Positions 19,330 through 27,694 of a stretch of 42,292 nucleotides of DNA are shown in pieces. This DNA is from Candidatus Eiseniibacteriota bacterium. Lineage in GTDB: Bacteria; Eisenbacteria; RBG-16-71-46. The stretch spans positions 1 to 42,292 of the forward strand of contig JBGPFC010000034.1 in the NCBI GenBank assembly GCA_041483195.1, read 5' to 3'. Positions within the stretch are counted from its first letter, which is position 1; each line of letters begins with the position of its first letter. A program made the position numbers and the translations under genes. A model generated the notes under the pieces. It was not told the DNA's origin and ran no database searches. It saw only the letters and a list, made by a program, of their open reading frames with translations.

Positions 19330-20751
19330 TCAGAAGCCCAGCTTCAGCTCGATACCCAGGTAGTCACCGTCGTGACCGCCGGCGCGGCGAATCGGCTGCC
19401 CCGCATCGAAGTGCACCGCCTCGACCGCCGCACTCAAGTTCGCGCTGATCAACCAGTCGGCCCGGAGCTGCTCGTACATGCCGGTGAAGCTGCCAGGGCG
19501 CCCGGCCGTGCCGGCAACCGGGACGTCGGGCTGGACGTAGATGGCATCGGCGACCGTCTCTCGCCACTGCAGCGCCAGCGCGAGCATCACCGACAGCGTC
19601 GGCAGTGGCCGGACGGTGAGCGACGGCTTCACGTGCACGAGATTCGCGTAGCCCGTGAAGCCACCGAGGGTGAAGTAGTAACCGTTCGGGAACAGCGGAT
19701 TGAAGGTGCCGAGCGTTCCATTGCCCGGGCGCGTGTCACCCGAGGCCGCGTCGACCTGCAGCCCCAGGCGCGGCCGCCAGACCTCGTCGCCGAACGTGTA
19801 ACCGCTGCGCGCGCCGATGGCCCACGCGTGCACGTCCTTGTCGCCGACGCGACCGAGCTGGCCCATTCCCTCGAGGTCCCAGTCGAAGCCCGCGAGCGTC
19901 CCTGCGTAGCGCGCGTCGAGGATGTCGCGTGACTCGTTCCCCGCCGCGTCGAGATACTGGACGTCGTCCTGTTTGAAGTGCGAGTAGTAGACCGAGAGCT
20001 CGCCGGGCCCCAGGTCTCTCGTCTCGATCCGCGCCCCGCCGTACTGGAACTTCCAGCGCGAGAAGTCGTCGAACGCATGCTCCGTCCGGTACTGCACAGG
20101 CCGGCTCCAGAACCCGATCACGCGCCACATTCCGAGCTCCCAATCTGCCCACAGCGCGTCGTACGCCTGGCGGACGTTGGGGCCATCGCGCACGGAGACG
20201 AAGCGCTGCAGGTCGAAGGCCATCTCTTGGCGGCCGAAGCGCAGCTTCAGCACGCCGTCGGCGAACTCGTGCACGTACGCGGCGAAGGCCTGGCGCAGGT
20301 CGACCCGGTTCTCGTCGACGGGCGTGAGTACGTCCTTCCAGGGCGCGCGCACGTCCTCGAGCTGGACGAAGAGCTGCCACTCCGAGTCGGGGCGCAAGTC
20401 CGCGTGGATCTGCACGCGGTCGAGCAGGTAGCTGTCGCCCTTGCGGTCGCCGACTCCGAACGCGGGCGCGTCGTTCGACTCGAACCGCTCGCGGACGTTC
20501 AGCCCGAGCGAGAGGTAGGAATGGGGATCCGTCGACGAGAGCGGCACGTACTTCAGGAAGTCGAGCGGCTCGGTGCGCAGCTTCGGATCGGCGAGCACCG
20601 ACCAGTCTTCCTGCCAGCGGTTGAAGGCGATCTTCGGGCGGGTCGGCGCGTCGGATGCGGGGGCAGCGCTACCGTCGTCGGCCCGTGCGAACGCAGGTCC
20701 GAGGATCGCGAGGGCCCAGAGTGCTGCGACCCCAGAGACCCGACGAGTCAC
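19330..20751 (-). CDS. Alginate-export (AlgE-like) family outer-membrane beta-barrel
   Basis: Signal peptide; RWQEDWS.L, LKYVPL, GRQE..FDLQRFVSVRDGPNVR, ASGD..GTFNPLFP; C-terminal Phe. Confidence 0.85.
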   Translation of the reverse strand: MTRRVSGVAALWALAILGPAFARADDGSAAPASDAPTRPKIAFNRWQEDWSVLADPKLRTEPLDFLKYVPLSSTDPHSYLSLGLNVRERFESNDAPAFGVGDRKGDSYLLDRVQIHADLRPDSEWQLFVQLEDVRAPWKDVLTPVDENRVDLRQAFAAYVHEFADGVLKLRFGRQEMAFDLQRFVSVRDGPNVRQAYDALWADWELGMWRVIGFWSRPVQYRTEHAFDDFSRWKFQYGGARIETRDLGPGELSVYYSHFKQDDVQYLDAAGNESRDILDARYAGTLAGFDWDLEGMGQLGRVGDKDVHAWAIGARSGYTFGDEVWRPRLGLQVDAASGDTRPGNGTLGTFNPLFPNGYYFTLGGFTGYANLVHVKPSLTVRPLPTLSVMLALALQWRETVADAIYVQPDVPVAGTAGRPGSFTGMYEQLRADWLISANLSAAVEAVHFDAGQPIRRAGGHDGDYLGIELKLGF

Positions 20752-20754
20752 GAG

Positions 20755-21645
20755 CTACGAGTGACTGAGGGCGTGGATCTCGGCGATGTAGCCGCCAGGA
20801 AATTGCACGATCGCGGCCCGGCGCTCCGCGCTGGCATAGGGCTCGACCAACACCGTCGCCCCGACAGCCTTGGCCTTTGTGAGTGTCGCATCGAGATCGG
20901 AGACTTCATACCCGGTGAGCTCCCGGCCGTACGGCCACGGGAGTTGGCCGTCGGTCACCAGCACCGTGAGCTTGCCGAAGCGAGACTCGATGCGGATGCG
21001 CCGGTGCGTCTCGCCGGGCCGGCCGATCTCGTCGCCGGCCGCCTTCGCGTCGTCTTGGGTGACCTTCCCGTGCGCGAAGCATGTGAAGCCACGGACGAAC
21101 GCCTCGACGCGGCCGGGAGACACGTACACGCGGTTCTCGGGCACGGTCGCGAGCTTCTCGTACGACGGCGCGGTCGTGTGCCAGTACAGCTGCATGTTGA
21201 CGCCGCCCGGCCACTGGATCACTGCGTCGCGCCCGATCGGATCGTCGAATGGGGCGACCAGCAGGTCGGCGCCACAGGCCTGCGCGGCGCGCACGGCGCC
21301 GTCGAGCTCCGTCACGAGATAGCCCGTCCGCTCCAACCCGAACGGATACGGGATCGGCGTCTTGAAGCCGAACACCGAGAACGTCCCCGCCGGCGTGAGC
21401 ACGAGCTGTGACATCGTCTGGCTCGGCGTCGGCGTGACCGTGAAGACGCCCTGCTTCGAAGTCGTGCCGCCGAACGTCGCGACGAGACTTGCAACGAAGC
21501 GATCGAAGTCCTCCGGCGCGACGTAGATGTGAGTCGTGTCGAACTGCGCGCCGACTGCGACCTCGGGCGTTTCGGCGGACGCGATCCCGGCGCAGTACAG
21601 GGCCGCTGTCAGCGCGAGCGCGCCGAGAGACCGATGCAAGCTCAT
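20755..21645 (-). CDS. Secreted VOC/glyoxalase-family protein
   Basis: Signal peptide; GAQFDTTHIYV, PYPFG.ERTGYLV, QWPGGVNMQLYWH, FPGGYIAEIH (two VOC halves). Confidence 0.8.
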   Translation of the reverse strand: MSLHRSLGALALTAALYCAGIASAETPEVAVGAQFDTTHIYVAPEDFDRFVASLVATFGGTTSKQGVFTVTPTPSQTMSQLVLTPAGTFSVFGFKTPIPYPFGLERTGYLVTELDGAVRAAQACGADLLVAPFDDPIGRDAVIQWPGGVNMQLYWHTTAPSYEKLATVPENRVYVSPGRVEAFVRGFTCFAHGKVTQDDAKAAGDEIGRPGETHRRIRIESRFGKLTVLVTDGQLPWPYGRELTGYEVSDLDATLTKAKAVGATVLVEPYASAERRAAIVQFPGGYIAEIHALSHS

Positions 21646-21678
21646 GTGCATTCCTCTCGTATTCTCTCGGCGACTTAG

Positions 21679-21694
21679 AGCAAGTCGCATGCCT
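21679..21694 (-). promoter_or_regulatory. Sigma54 promoter (leftward, glyoxalase-porin)
   Basis: Minus strand AGGCATG-CGAC-TTGCT, GG-N10-GC. Confidence 0.7.
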
Positions 21695-21818
21695 TGCGTC
21701 GAGCTGCTCGAGTGCCGATGTGGAGGCGTGACTGACAAGATGCGGGCGCGTGCCGAGACGTTGGCAGAGTGGAGCGGTCTGAGATCGACTCAGGCACACA
21801 CGCGGACCGTTCCCCCGA

Positions 21819-21834
21819 TGGCACGTTCACTGCA
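21819..21834 (+). promoter_or_regulatory. Sigma54 promoter (rightward, amidohydrolase operon)
   Basis: TGGCACG-TTCA-CTGCA, GG-N10-GC, 38 nt before the ATG at 21873. Confidence 0.78.
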
Positions 21835-21872
21835 TCGCGCCCCGTCGTATAGACTACGACGAAGAAGAAGCC

Positions 21873-23624
21873 ATGGCACAGTTGGTGATCCGCAACGGCC
21901 GCTTCGCGACGGGCGACAACATTTCGGGTCGCGCGGAAGCCGTCGCGATCGACGGCGGAAGGTTCATCGCGGTCGGCAGCGAGCGCGAGGTCCTCGCGCA
22001 GTGCGGCCCCGACACGCGCACCATCGACCTGGGCGGGCGGCTCGGGCTCCCGGGGCTCAATGACTCGCACCTCCACGCCATCCGCGGCGGGCTCAACTAC
22101 AACATGGAGCTGCGCTGGGACGGCGTGCCGTCGCTGGCGGACGCGCTCCGCCGGCTCCGCGAGCAGGCGCAGCGCACGCCGCCGCCGCAGTGGGTGCGCG
22201 TGATCGGCGGCTGGAACGAGTGGCAGTTCGCCGAGCGGCGGCTGCCGACGCTGGCCGAGCTGAACGAGGTCGCGCCCGAGACCCCCGTCTTCGTGCTGTA
22301 CCTGTACGGGCTCGCGCTCTTGAACGGTGCCGCGTTGCGCGCCGTCGGCTACACGAAGGACACGCCGGACCCGGTCGCCGGCCAGATCGAGCGCGATCAT
22401 GCCGGCAACCCGACCGGACTCCTGCTCGCGAAGCCGAACGCGAACATCCTCTACTCGACGCTCGCGAAGGGCCCGAGGCTCTCGCCCGACGATCAGCGCA
22501 ATTCGACGCTCCACTTCATGCGCGAGCTGAACCGGCTCGGGCTGACCAGCGTGATCGACGCGGGCGGCGGCTTCCAGAACTACCCCGACGACTACGCGGT
22601 GATCGAGTCACTGCACGCCGAGCGCAAGCTCACGCTGCGCATCGCCTACAACCTGTTCACACAGCGGCCGAAGCAGGAGCTCGACGACTTCCGGCGCTGG
22701 ACCAGACTGGCGAAGCCGGGGCAAGGCGACGGCTTCTATCGGTTGAACGGCGCGGGCGAAATGCTGGTGTTCTCGGCGGCGGATTTCGAGGACTTCCTGG
22801 AGCCGCGCCCGGACCTTCCCGCGTCGCTCGAGTCCGAGCTGGAGGCCGTCGTGCGCCATCTCGCCGAGCAGCGCTGGCCGTTCCGGATCCACGCGACCTA
22901 CGACGAGTCGATCGCGCGCTTCCTCGACGTGTTCGAGCGAGTAAACCGCGACGTGCCGTTCGACGGCCTGCGCTGGTTCTTCGACCACGCGGAGACGATC
23001 TCGGAGCGCAGCCTGGAGCGGACCCGCGCGCTGGGCGGCGGCATCGCCGTGCAGGACCGGATGGCGTTCCAGGGTGAGTCGTTCATCCAGCGCTACGGTG
23101 CGGAGCGCGCCGCGCAGTCGCCGCCGATCCGGCGCATGCTGGACCTCGAAATCCCCGTTGGCGCAGGCACCGACGCGACGCGCGTGTCGAGCTTCAACCC
23201 GTGGATCGCCCTGCACTGGCTGGTGAGCGGGAAGACCGTCGGCGGCACAGCCCTCTACGGCGAAGCCAATCGGCTCTCGCGCGAGCAGGCGCTGCGCCTG
23301 TACACGTCGGGCAGCGCCTGGTTCTCGGGCGAGGAGCGCGAGAAGGGCGCGATCGCCGTGGGTCAGTACGCCGACCTGTGCGTGCCGACCGCCGACTACT
23401 TCGCGGTGCCCGAGGCCGAGATTCCGCGGCTCGAGTCTCTGCTCACCGTCGTGAACGGCGAGGTCGTGCACGGCACTGGACCGTTCGCCGCGCTCGCACC
23501 CCCGTTGCCCCCGGTCTCGCCGGGCTGGTCGCCGGTCGCGACCTACGGCGGATACACGTCTCCGAAGGCGCGAGACCCGCGCCGCACACCGGCCTGGGGC
23601 GGCTGCGGCTGCGCGGTCCTATAG
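21873..23624 (+). CDS. Amidohydrolase 3 family (YtcJ-like) metal-dependent hydrolase
   Basis: PGLNDSHLH, RGGLNYNMELRWDGV, RIHATY, FDHAE, GAGTDATRV. Confidence 0.93.
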   Translation: MAQLVIRNGRFATGDNISGRAEAVAIDGGRFIAVGSEREVLAQCGPDTRTIDLGGRLGLPGLNDSHLHAIRGGLNYNMELRWDGVPSLADALRRLREQAQRTPPPQWVRVIGGWNEWQFAERRLPTLAELNEVAPETPVFVLYLYGLALLNGAALRAVGYTKDTPDPVAGQIERDHAGNPTGLLLAKPNANILYSTLAKGPRLSPDDQRNSTLHFMRELNRLGLTSVIDAGGGFQNYPDDYAVIESLHAERKLTLRIAYNLFTQRPKQELDDFRRWTRLAKPGQGDGFYRLNGAGEMLVFSAADFEDFLEPRPDLPASLESELEAVVRHLAEQRWPFRIHATYDESIARFLDVFERVNRDVPFDGLRWFFDHAETISERSLERTRALGGGIAVQDRMAFQGESFIQRYGAERAAQSPPIRRMLDLEIPVGAGTDATRVSSFNPWIALHWLVSGKTVGGTALYGEANRLSREQALRLYTSGSAWFSGEEREKGAIAVGQYADLCVPTADYFAVPEAEIPRLESLLTVVNGEVVHGTGPFAALAPPLPPVSPGWSPVATYGGYTSPKARDPRRTPAWGGCGCAVL

Positions 23625-23626
23625 GC

Positions 23627-24160
23627 ATGGGCGAGCCGGTCAAGATCGTGCTGCAGCGCCGCGCCCGGCCCGGGTCCGGCAAGGCCTTCGACGCCTGGGT
23701 CCGCGCGCTGCTGCAGTCCGCGCCCGCCCTCGAGGGCTCGAGCGTGATCGCCGCCGAGGGCGGCAGTCACTTCATCCTGCTGCGCTTCGCGAGCCAGGCC
23801 GATCTCGACCGGTGGCAGGCGTCGCCCCAGGTGCGCGAGCTGCTCCGGCGCGAAGACGAATTCGCGGAGGACCCGGGCGCCCCGGTCGTGCACTCCGGCT
23901 TCGAGACCTGGTTCGCGTTGCCAGGGCGCGCGTCCGACAAGCCGCCTGCGAACTGGAAGATCGCGCTCGTGACCTGGGTCGCGCTCTTCCCTCAGGTCGT
24001 GCTTCTCGCCTACCTGATCCCTCCGCAGGTCCCGTTCCTGCTCAGCGCGGTGCTCTCGACGGTGATTCCCGTCTCCGCGCTGACGTGGGTCGTGATGCCG
24101 CGCCTGACCGTGTGGCTCCGGCGTTGGCTGTACCCAACCCCGATCGAACACAAGGAGTAA
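23627..24160 (+). CDS. Antibiotic-biosynthesis-monooxygenase-like domain membrane protein
   Basis: RARPG..AFDAW, LRFAS..DLDRW.ASP, SGFETWF, PPANWK.ALVTW, TWVVMPRLT. Confidence 0.75.
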   Translation: MGEPVKIVLQRRARPGSGKAFDAWVRALLQSAPALEGSSVIAAEGGSHFILLRFASQADLDRWQASPQVRELLRREDEFAEDPGAPVVHSGFETWFALPGRASDKPPANWKIALVTWVALFPQVVLLAYLIPPQVPFLLSAVLSTVIPVSALTWVVMPRLTVWLRRWLYPTPIEHKE

Positions 24161-24162
24161 CC

Positions 24163-24864
24163 ATGGCCAAGTCCCGCAAGCTCGCCAAGCGCAGCGAGAA
24201 GGGGCTCCTCACGCCCGACAACTGCGTCGTCACGCTGATCGATCTGCAGCCGCAGATGCTGTTCGGCGTGTCGAGCTTCGATCGCCAGATGATCATCAAC
24301 AACAACGTTGCGCTCTCGAAGGCCGCGCGCGTCTTCGACGTGCCGGTGGTCCTTTCGACCGTCGAGACCGAATCGTTCTCCGGGAGGATGTGGCCGCAGA
24401 TCGAGGCCGTGTTTCCCGGCCAGAAGCCGGTCGAGCGCAGCAGCATGAACGCGTGGGACGATGCGAGCTTCGTGGCCGCCATCCAGAAGACAGGCCGCAA
24501 GAAGATCGTGCTCGCCGGCCTTTGGACCGAGACATGCGTCGCGCTGCCGACGATCCAGGCGCTCCACGACGGGTTCGAGATCTACGTGGTCGAGGACTGC
24601 TGTGGCGACGTCTCCGCCCTCGCCCACGACAACGCGATGCGGCGCGTGGTGCAGGCCGGCGCGGTGCCGGTGACTTCGCTGTCGGTCATGCTCGAGTTAC
24701 AGCGTGACTGGGCGCAGAAGGACACCTACGACGCCGTGATGGACATCGTGAGGTCGCACTACGGCGCGTACGGGGTCGGCGTCGAGTACTGCTACACGAT
24801 GGTGCACAAGGCGCCGCCCACGAAGTTCCCGGAGTACGTCGTGCCGGAGGCGAGTCATGCGTAG
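24163..24864 (+). CDS. ycaC: YcaC-like isochorismatase-family cysteine hydrolase
   Basis: LLTPDNC..LIDLQPQM, ERSSMNAW, AGLWTETC, ELQRDW; AAGGAG RBS. Confidence 0.92.
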   Translation: MAKSRKLAKRSEKGLLTPDNCVVTLIDLQPQMLFGVSSFDRQMIINNNVALSKAARVFDVPVVLSTVETESFSGRMWPQIEAVFPGQKPVERSSMNAWDDASFVAAIQKTGRKKIVLAGLWTETCVALPTIQALHDGFEIYVVEDCCGDVSALAHDNAMRRVVQAGAVPVTSLSVMLELQRDWAQKDTYDAVMDIVRSHYGAYGVGVEYCYTMVHKAPPTKFPEYVVPEASHA

Positions 24865-25294
24865 CGCGCTCGGAGGCGAGCGCTGGCTCGCGCGCGAGGC
24901 GACCGCGATGGCGCCGTTCGCCGTCTTCGCCGCGCGCTTCTGCATCGCGCTGATCTTCCTCGCGAACGGGCTTGGCATCGTCGATCAGACGCGCGCGGCG
25001 AGCGAGCTCGCCGCCCACGGAATGCCCGAAGCACTCGTGCCCGCGTTCATGCTCGGCGGGCGAGCGCTTCAGATCGCGGCGGGCGCGGCGCTCGTGATCG
25101 GCTTCCACGAGCGGCTCGCCGCGCTGGCGCTCGCGGCATTCCTCGTGCCGGCGACGTTGGTCGCCCACGACTTCTGGGCGTCTCCCGAGGCGGAGCGCGG
25201 AGCACAGCTCGTGAACTTCCTCAAGAACACGGCGATGCTGGGCGGTCTTCTCTTCGTTGCTTTCCGGCCCGGAACGCGGCGTGCGTCGAGTTGA
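24857..25294 (+). CDS. DoxX-family membrane protein
   Basis: R..IALIF, R.AAL.LA.FL...T...H.FW, FLKN.AM.GGLL. Confidence 0.88.
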   Translation: MRSALGGERWLAREATAMAPFAVFAARFCIALIFLANGLGIVDQTRAASELAAHGMPEALVPAFMLGGRALQIAAGAALVIGFHERLAALALAAFLVPATLVAHDFWASPEAERGAQLVNFLKNTAMLGGLLFVAFRPGTRRASS

Positions 25295-25352
25295 GCTCGA
25301 GCCCGAGATAGACGAGCGTCGCGAGCGCGAGCGCTTCGAGTAGACTGATTCC

Positions 25353-25994
25353 ATGAGCGAAGACGCAATCGTCTTCGTCGTCGACGACGACGCGTCCGTG
25401 CGCCGCTCGACAGAGCGCTTGGTGCGTCCGCTCGGCTTCGCGGTCCAGACCTTCGCCTCGGCGCAGGAATTCCTCGACGGCGCCCGGCTGGGAAGGCCCG
25501 GCTGTCTCGTGCTCGACATCCACATGCCACGTCTGAGCGGGCTCGACCTGCAGCGGGAGCTCTTGGGCCGGGGCATCGAGATCCCGATCGTCTTCCTCAC
25601 CGGTCGCGGCGACATCCCGACGACCGTGCGCGCGATGAAGGCGGGCGCGGTGGAGTTCCTGACGAAGCCGGTCAAGGGCCGCGACTTGCTCGCCGCAATC
25701 CGCGCCGCGATCGAGCGCGGACGAGTCTCGCACCAGGCGCGGCTCGAGGTCGAGGCGTTGCGCGAGCGCTACGAACGACTCACGCCGCGCGAGCGTGAGG
25801 TGCTGACACTCGTCGCTGCCGGCCTGCTCAACAAGCAGATCGCCGGAGAGCTCGCGGCCTCGGAGCGGACCGTCAAGTTCCACCGCGCGCACGTCATGAA
25901 GAAGATGCAGGCGAAGTCGCTCGCGGAGCTCGTGCGGATGGTGGAGCGGCTCGGGCCGCAGAACGGCAGCGAACCTGTTCCGACGGACAGGTAG
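25353..25994 (+). CDS. FixJ/NodW-type response regulator (REC + LuxR HTH)
   Basis: VVDDD, LVLDIHMP, FLTG.GD, FLTKP, LTPREREV, NKQIA, TVKFHR. Confidence 0.95.
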   Translation: MSEDAIVFVVDDDASVRRSTERLVRPLGFAVQTFASAQEFLDGARLGRPGCLVLDIHMPRLSGLDLQRELLGRGIEIPIVFLTGRGDIPTTVRAMKAGAVEFLTKPVKGRDLLAAIRAAIERGRVSHQARLEVEALRERYERLTPREREVLTLVAAGLLNKQIAGELAASERTVKFHRAHVMKKMQAKSLAELVRMVERLGPQNGSEPVPTDR

Positions 25995-26050
25995 GCGGCT
26001 GCACCAAGAGTCAGCTGCGCGGCCACCCCTGTGAACGCCACTCTCTGCGC

Positions 26051-26470
26051 ATGGTGATGCGCTCGAAGAGTGAGGTCCCGCTCGTCGCGATCGTCGATGA
26101 CGACGCCTCCGTGCGACAGTCGACCGTCCGGCTGGTCCGCTCGTTCGGCTATCGCACGGAGGTCTTCGGCTCGGGACCGGAGTTCCTGGGCTCCGGAGCG
26201 GCGGACCGCGCAGCGTGTCTCTTGCTCGACGTGCGTATGCCCGGGATGAACGGCCTGGAGGTCCAGCGCAGTCTGGCGGAGCGCGGCGCGCGCCTTCCGA
26301 TCGTGTTCCTCACGGGCCGGGCCAGCGACGAGGAGGAGCGCCGCGCCCGGTCCGCGGGTGCCGCCGAGTTTCTGCGAAAGCCCGTCGTACAGGCGAGCCT
26401 GCGCGCGGCGATCGAAACCGTCATCCGAGCGACTGCTCGAGGAGATCGCGATGACAATGGAGGTTCGTGA
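26051..26470 (+). CDS. Single-domain response regulator receiver
   Basis: IVDDD, LLLDVRMPGMNG, FLTG, FLRKP; no output domain. Confidence 0.92.
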   Translation: MVMRSKSEVPLVAIVDDDASVRQSTVRLVRSFGYRTEVFGSGPEFLGSGAADRAACLLLDVRMPGMNGLEVQRSLAERGARLPIVFLTGRASDEEERRARSAGAAEFLRKPVVQASLRAAIETVIRATARGDRDDNGGS

Positions 26471-27608
26471 GATGGCCGAGAACGCGGCGAGCCGCTCTAC
26501 ACCTTACGGTGTCGGGCTCCGGTCGCTGGTGCCTGATTCGCCCGCGCTCCCCAGCTTCGCGGTGGGCCTCGCCCCGGTAAGGGAGCTGGACGTGCAAGAC
26601 GGCGGACTCGTCGGTGCGTCGGCCGCGCTTGAGGCGGCGCTCGCGCGCGCGCACAAGGTCGCCCCGACCGAGTCCAGCGTGCTCGTCACAGGTGAGACAG
26701 GGACGGGCAAGGAGCTCCTTGCGCGCGCCATCCACAAGTGGTCGCGCCGCGCCGGCGGGCCCTTCGTAAGCGTCAACTGCGGCGCGGTTCCTGCCGCTCT
26801 GATTGCCTCGGAGCTGTTCGGCCACGAGCGGGGCGCGTTCACGGGAGCGGTGCAGCGGCGGCGCGGTCGCTTCGAGCTCGCGGCGGGGGGGACCCTCTTT
26901 CTGGACGAGGTCGGCGAGCTGCCGATGGAGACACAGGTGCTCCTCCTGCGCGTGCTGCAGGAGCGCGAGTTCGAGCGGGTCGGAGGCACGGCGTCGCTGT
27001 CGACCGACGTCCGCGTCGTCGCAGCCACGAACCGCGATCTCCAGCGCGCGATCGCCGACGGGCGCTTCCGCAGCGATCTCTTCTATCGACTCGCCGTCTT
27101 CCCCGTCGAGATGCCGCCGCTGCGCAAGCGCGAGGGAGACATCCCGTTGCTCGTCGAGCACTTCGCCCGGCGCTCGGCCCGGAAGCTCGGCAAGTCGATC
27201 CGTAGCATCGACCCAGAGGCTCTGCGCCGGCTCGAGGCATATCCGTGGCCGGGCAATGTGCGCGAGCTGCAGAACGTGATTGAGCGCTCCGTCATCGTCT
27301 GCGAGTCCGAGACGTTGACGTTGGACTCGAGCTGGCGCGAGAACAACACTGCGCCCGACGAGCCGAACGCAGACTCGCGGTCGGCCGAACCGGAGTCGCG
27401 CTCGTTGGAGTCAGTCTCGGAGCACGAGTCGTCCGGGGCACCGACGCTCGCCGAAGTCCAGCGCGGGGCGATCCTGCGGGCACTTCGGTCGTGCAACGGG
27501 ATGATCGGCGGTCCCCGCGGCGCGGCTGCGCAGCTGGGGCTCAAGCGGACCACGCTTCAGGCGCGCATGAAGAAGCTCGGGCTCCCCCGGGCGCGGCCGG
27601 CGACATGA
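26451..27608 (+). CDS. Sigma54-dependent enhancer-binding protein (FhlA-like AAA+ and HTH) lacking an N-terminal sensor domain
   Basis: GETGTGKE, ELFGHERGAFTGA, LFLDEVG, RSDLFYRL, WPGNVRELQN, GAAAQLGLKRTTL; only ~50 aa precede the AAA+ domain. Confidence 0.93.
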   Translation: MTMEVREMAENAASRSTPYGVGLRSLVPDSPALPSFAVGLAPVRELDVQDGGLVGASAALEAALARAHKVAPTESSVLVTGETGTGKELLARAIHKWSRRAGGPFVSVNCGAVPAALIASELFGHERGAFTGAVQRRRGRFELAAGGTLFLDEVGELPMETQVLLLRVLQEREFERVGGTASLSTDVRVVAATNRDLQRAIADGRFRSDLFYRLAVFPVEMPPLRKREGDIPLLVEHFARRSARKLGKSIRSIDPEALRRLEAYPWPGNVRELQNVIERSVIVCESETLTLDSSWRENNTAPDEPNADSRSAEPESRSLESVSEHESSGAPTLAEVQRGAILRALRSCNGMIGGPRGAAAQLGLKRTTLQARMKKLGLPRARPAT

Positions 27609-27694
27609 GCTCGCCGATCGGAAGCGTGACGACGCGCCTGATCGGGTCGTCGACCCAGTCTGTGCTGGCGGTCCGTTCACGAGTGAGTTCCGGC

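Noticed and set aside
19330..20751. Alginate biosynthesis locus
   Set aside because: Only the AlgE-like barrel is present; no polymerase, epimerase or GDP-mannose dehydrogenase genes
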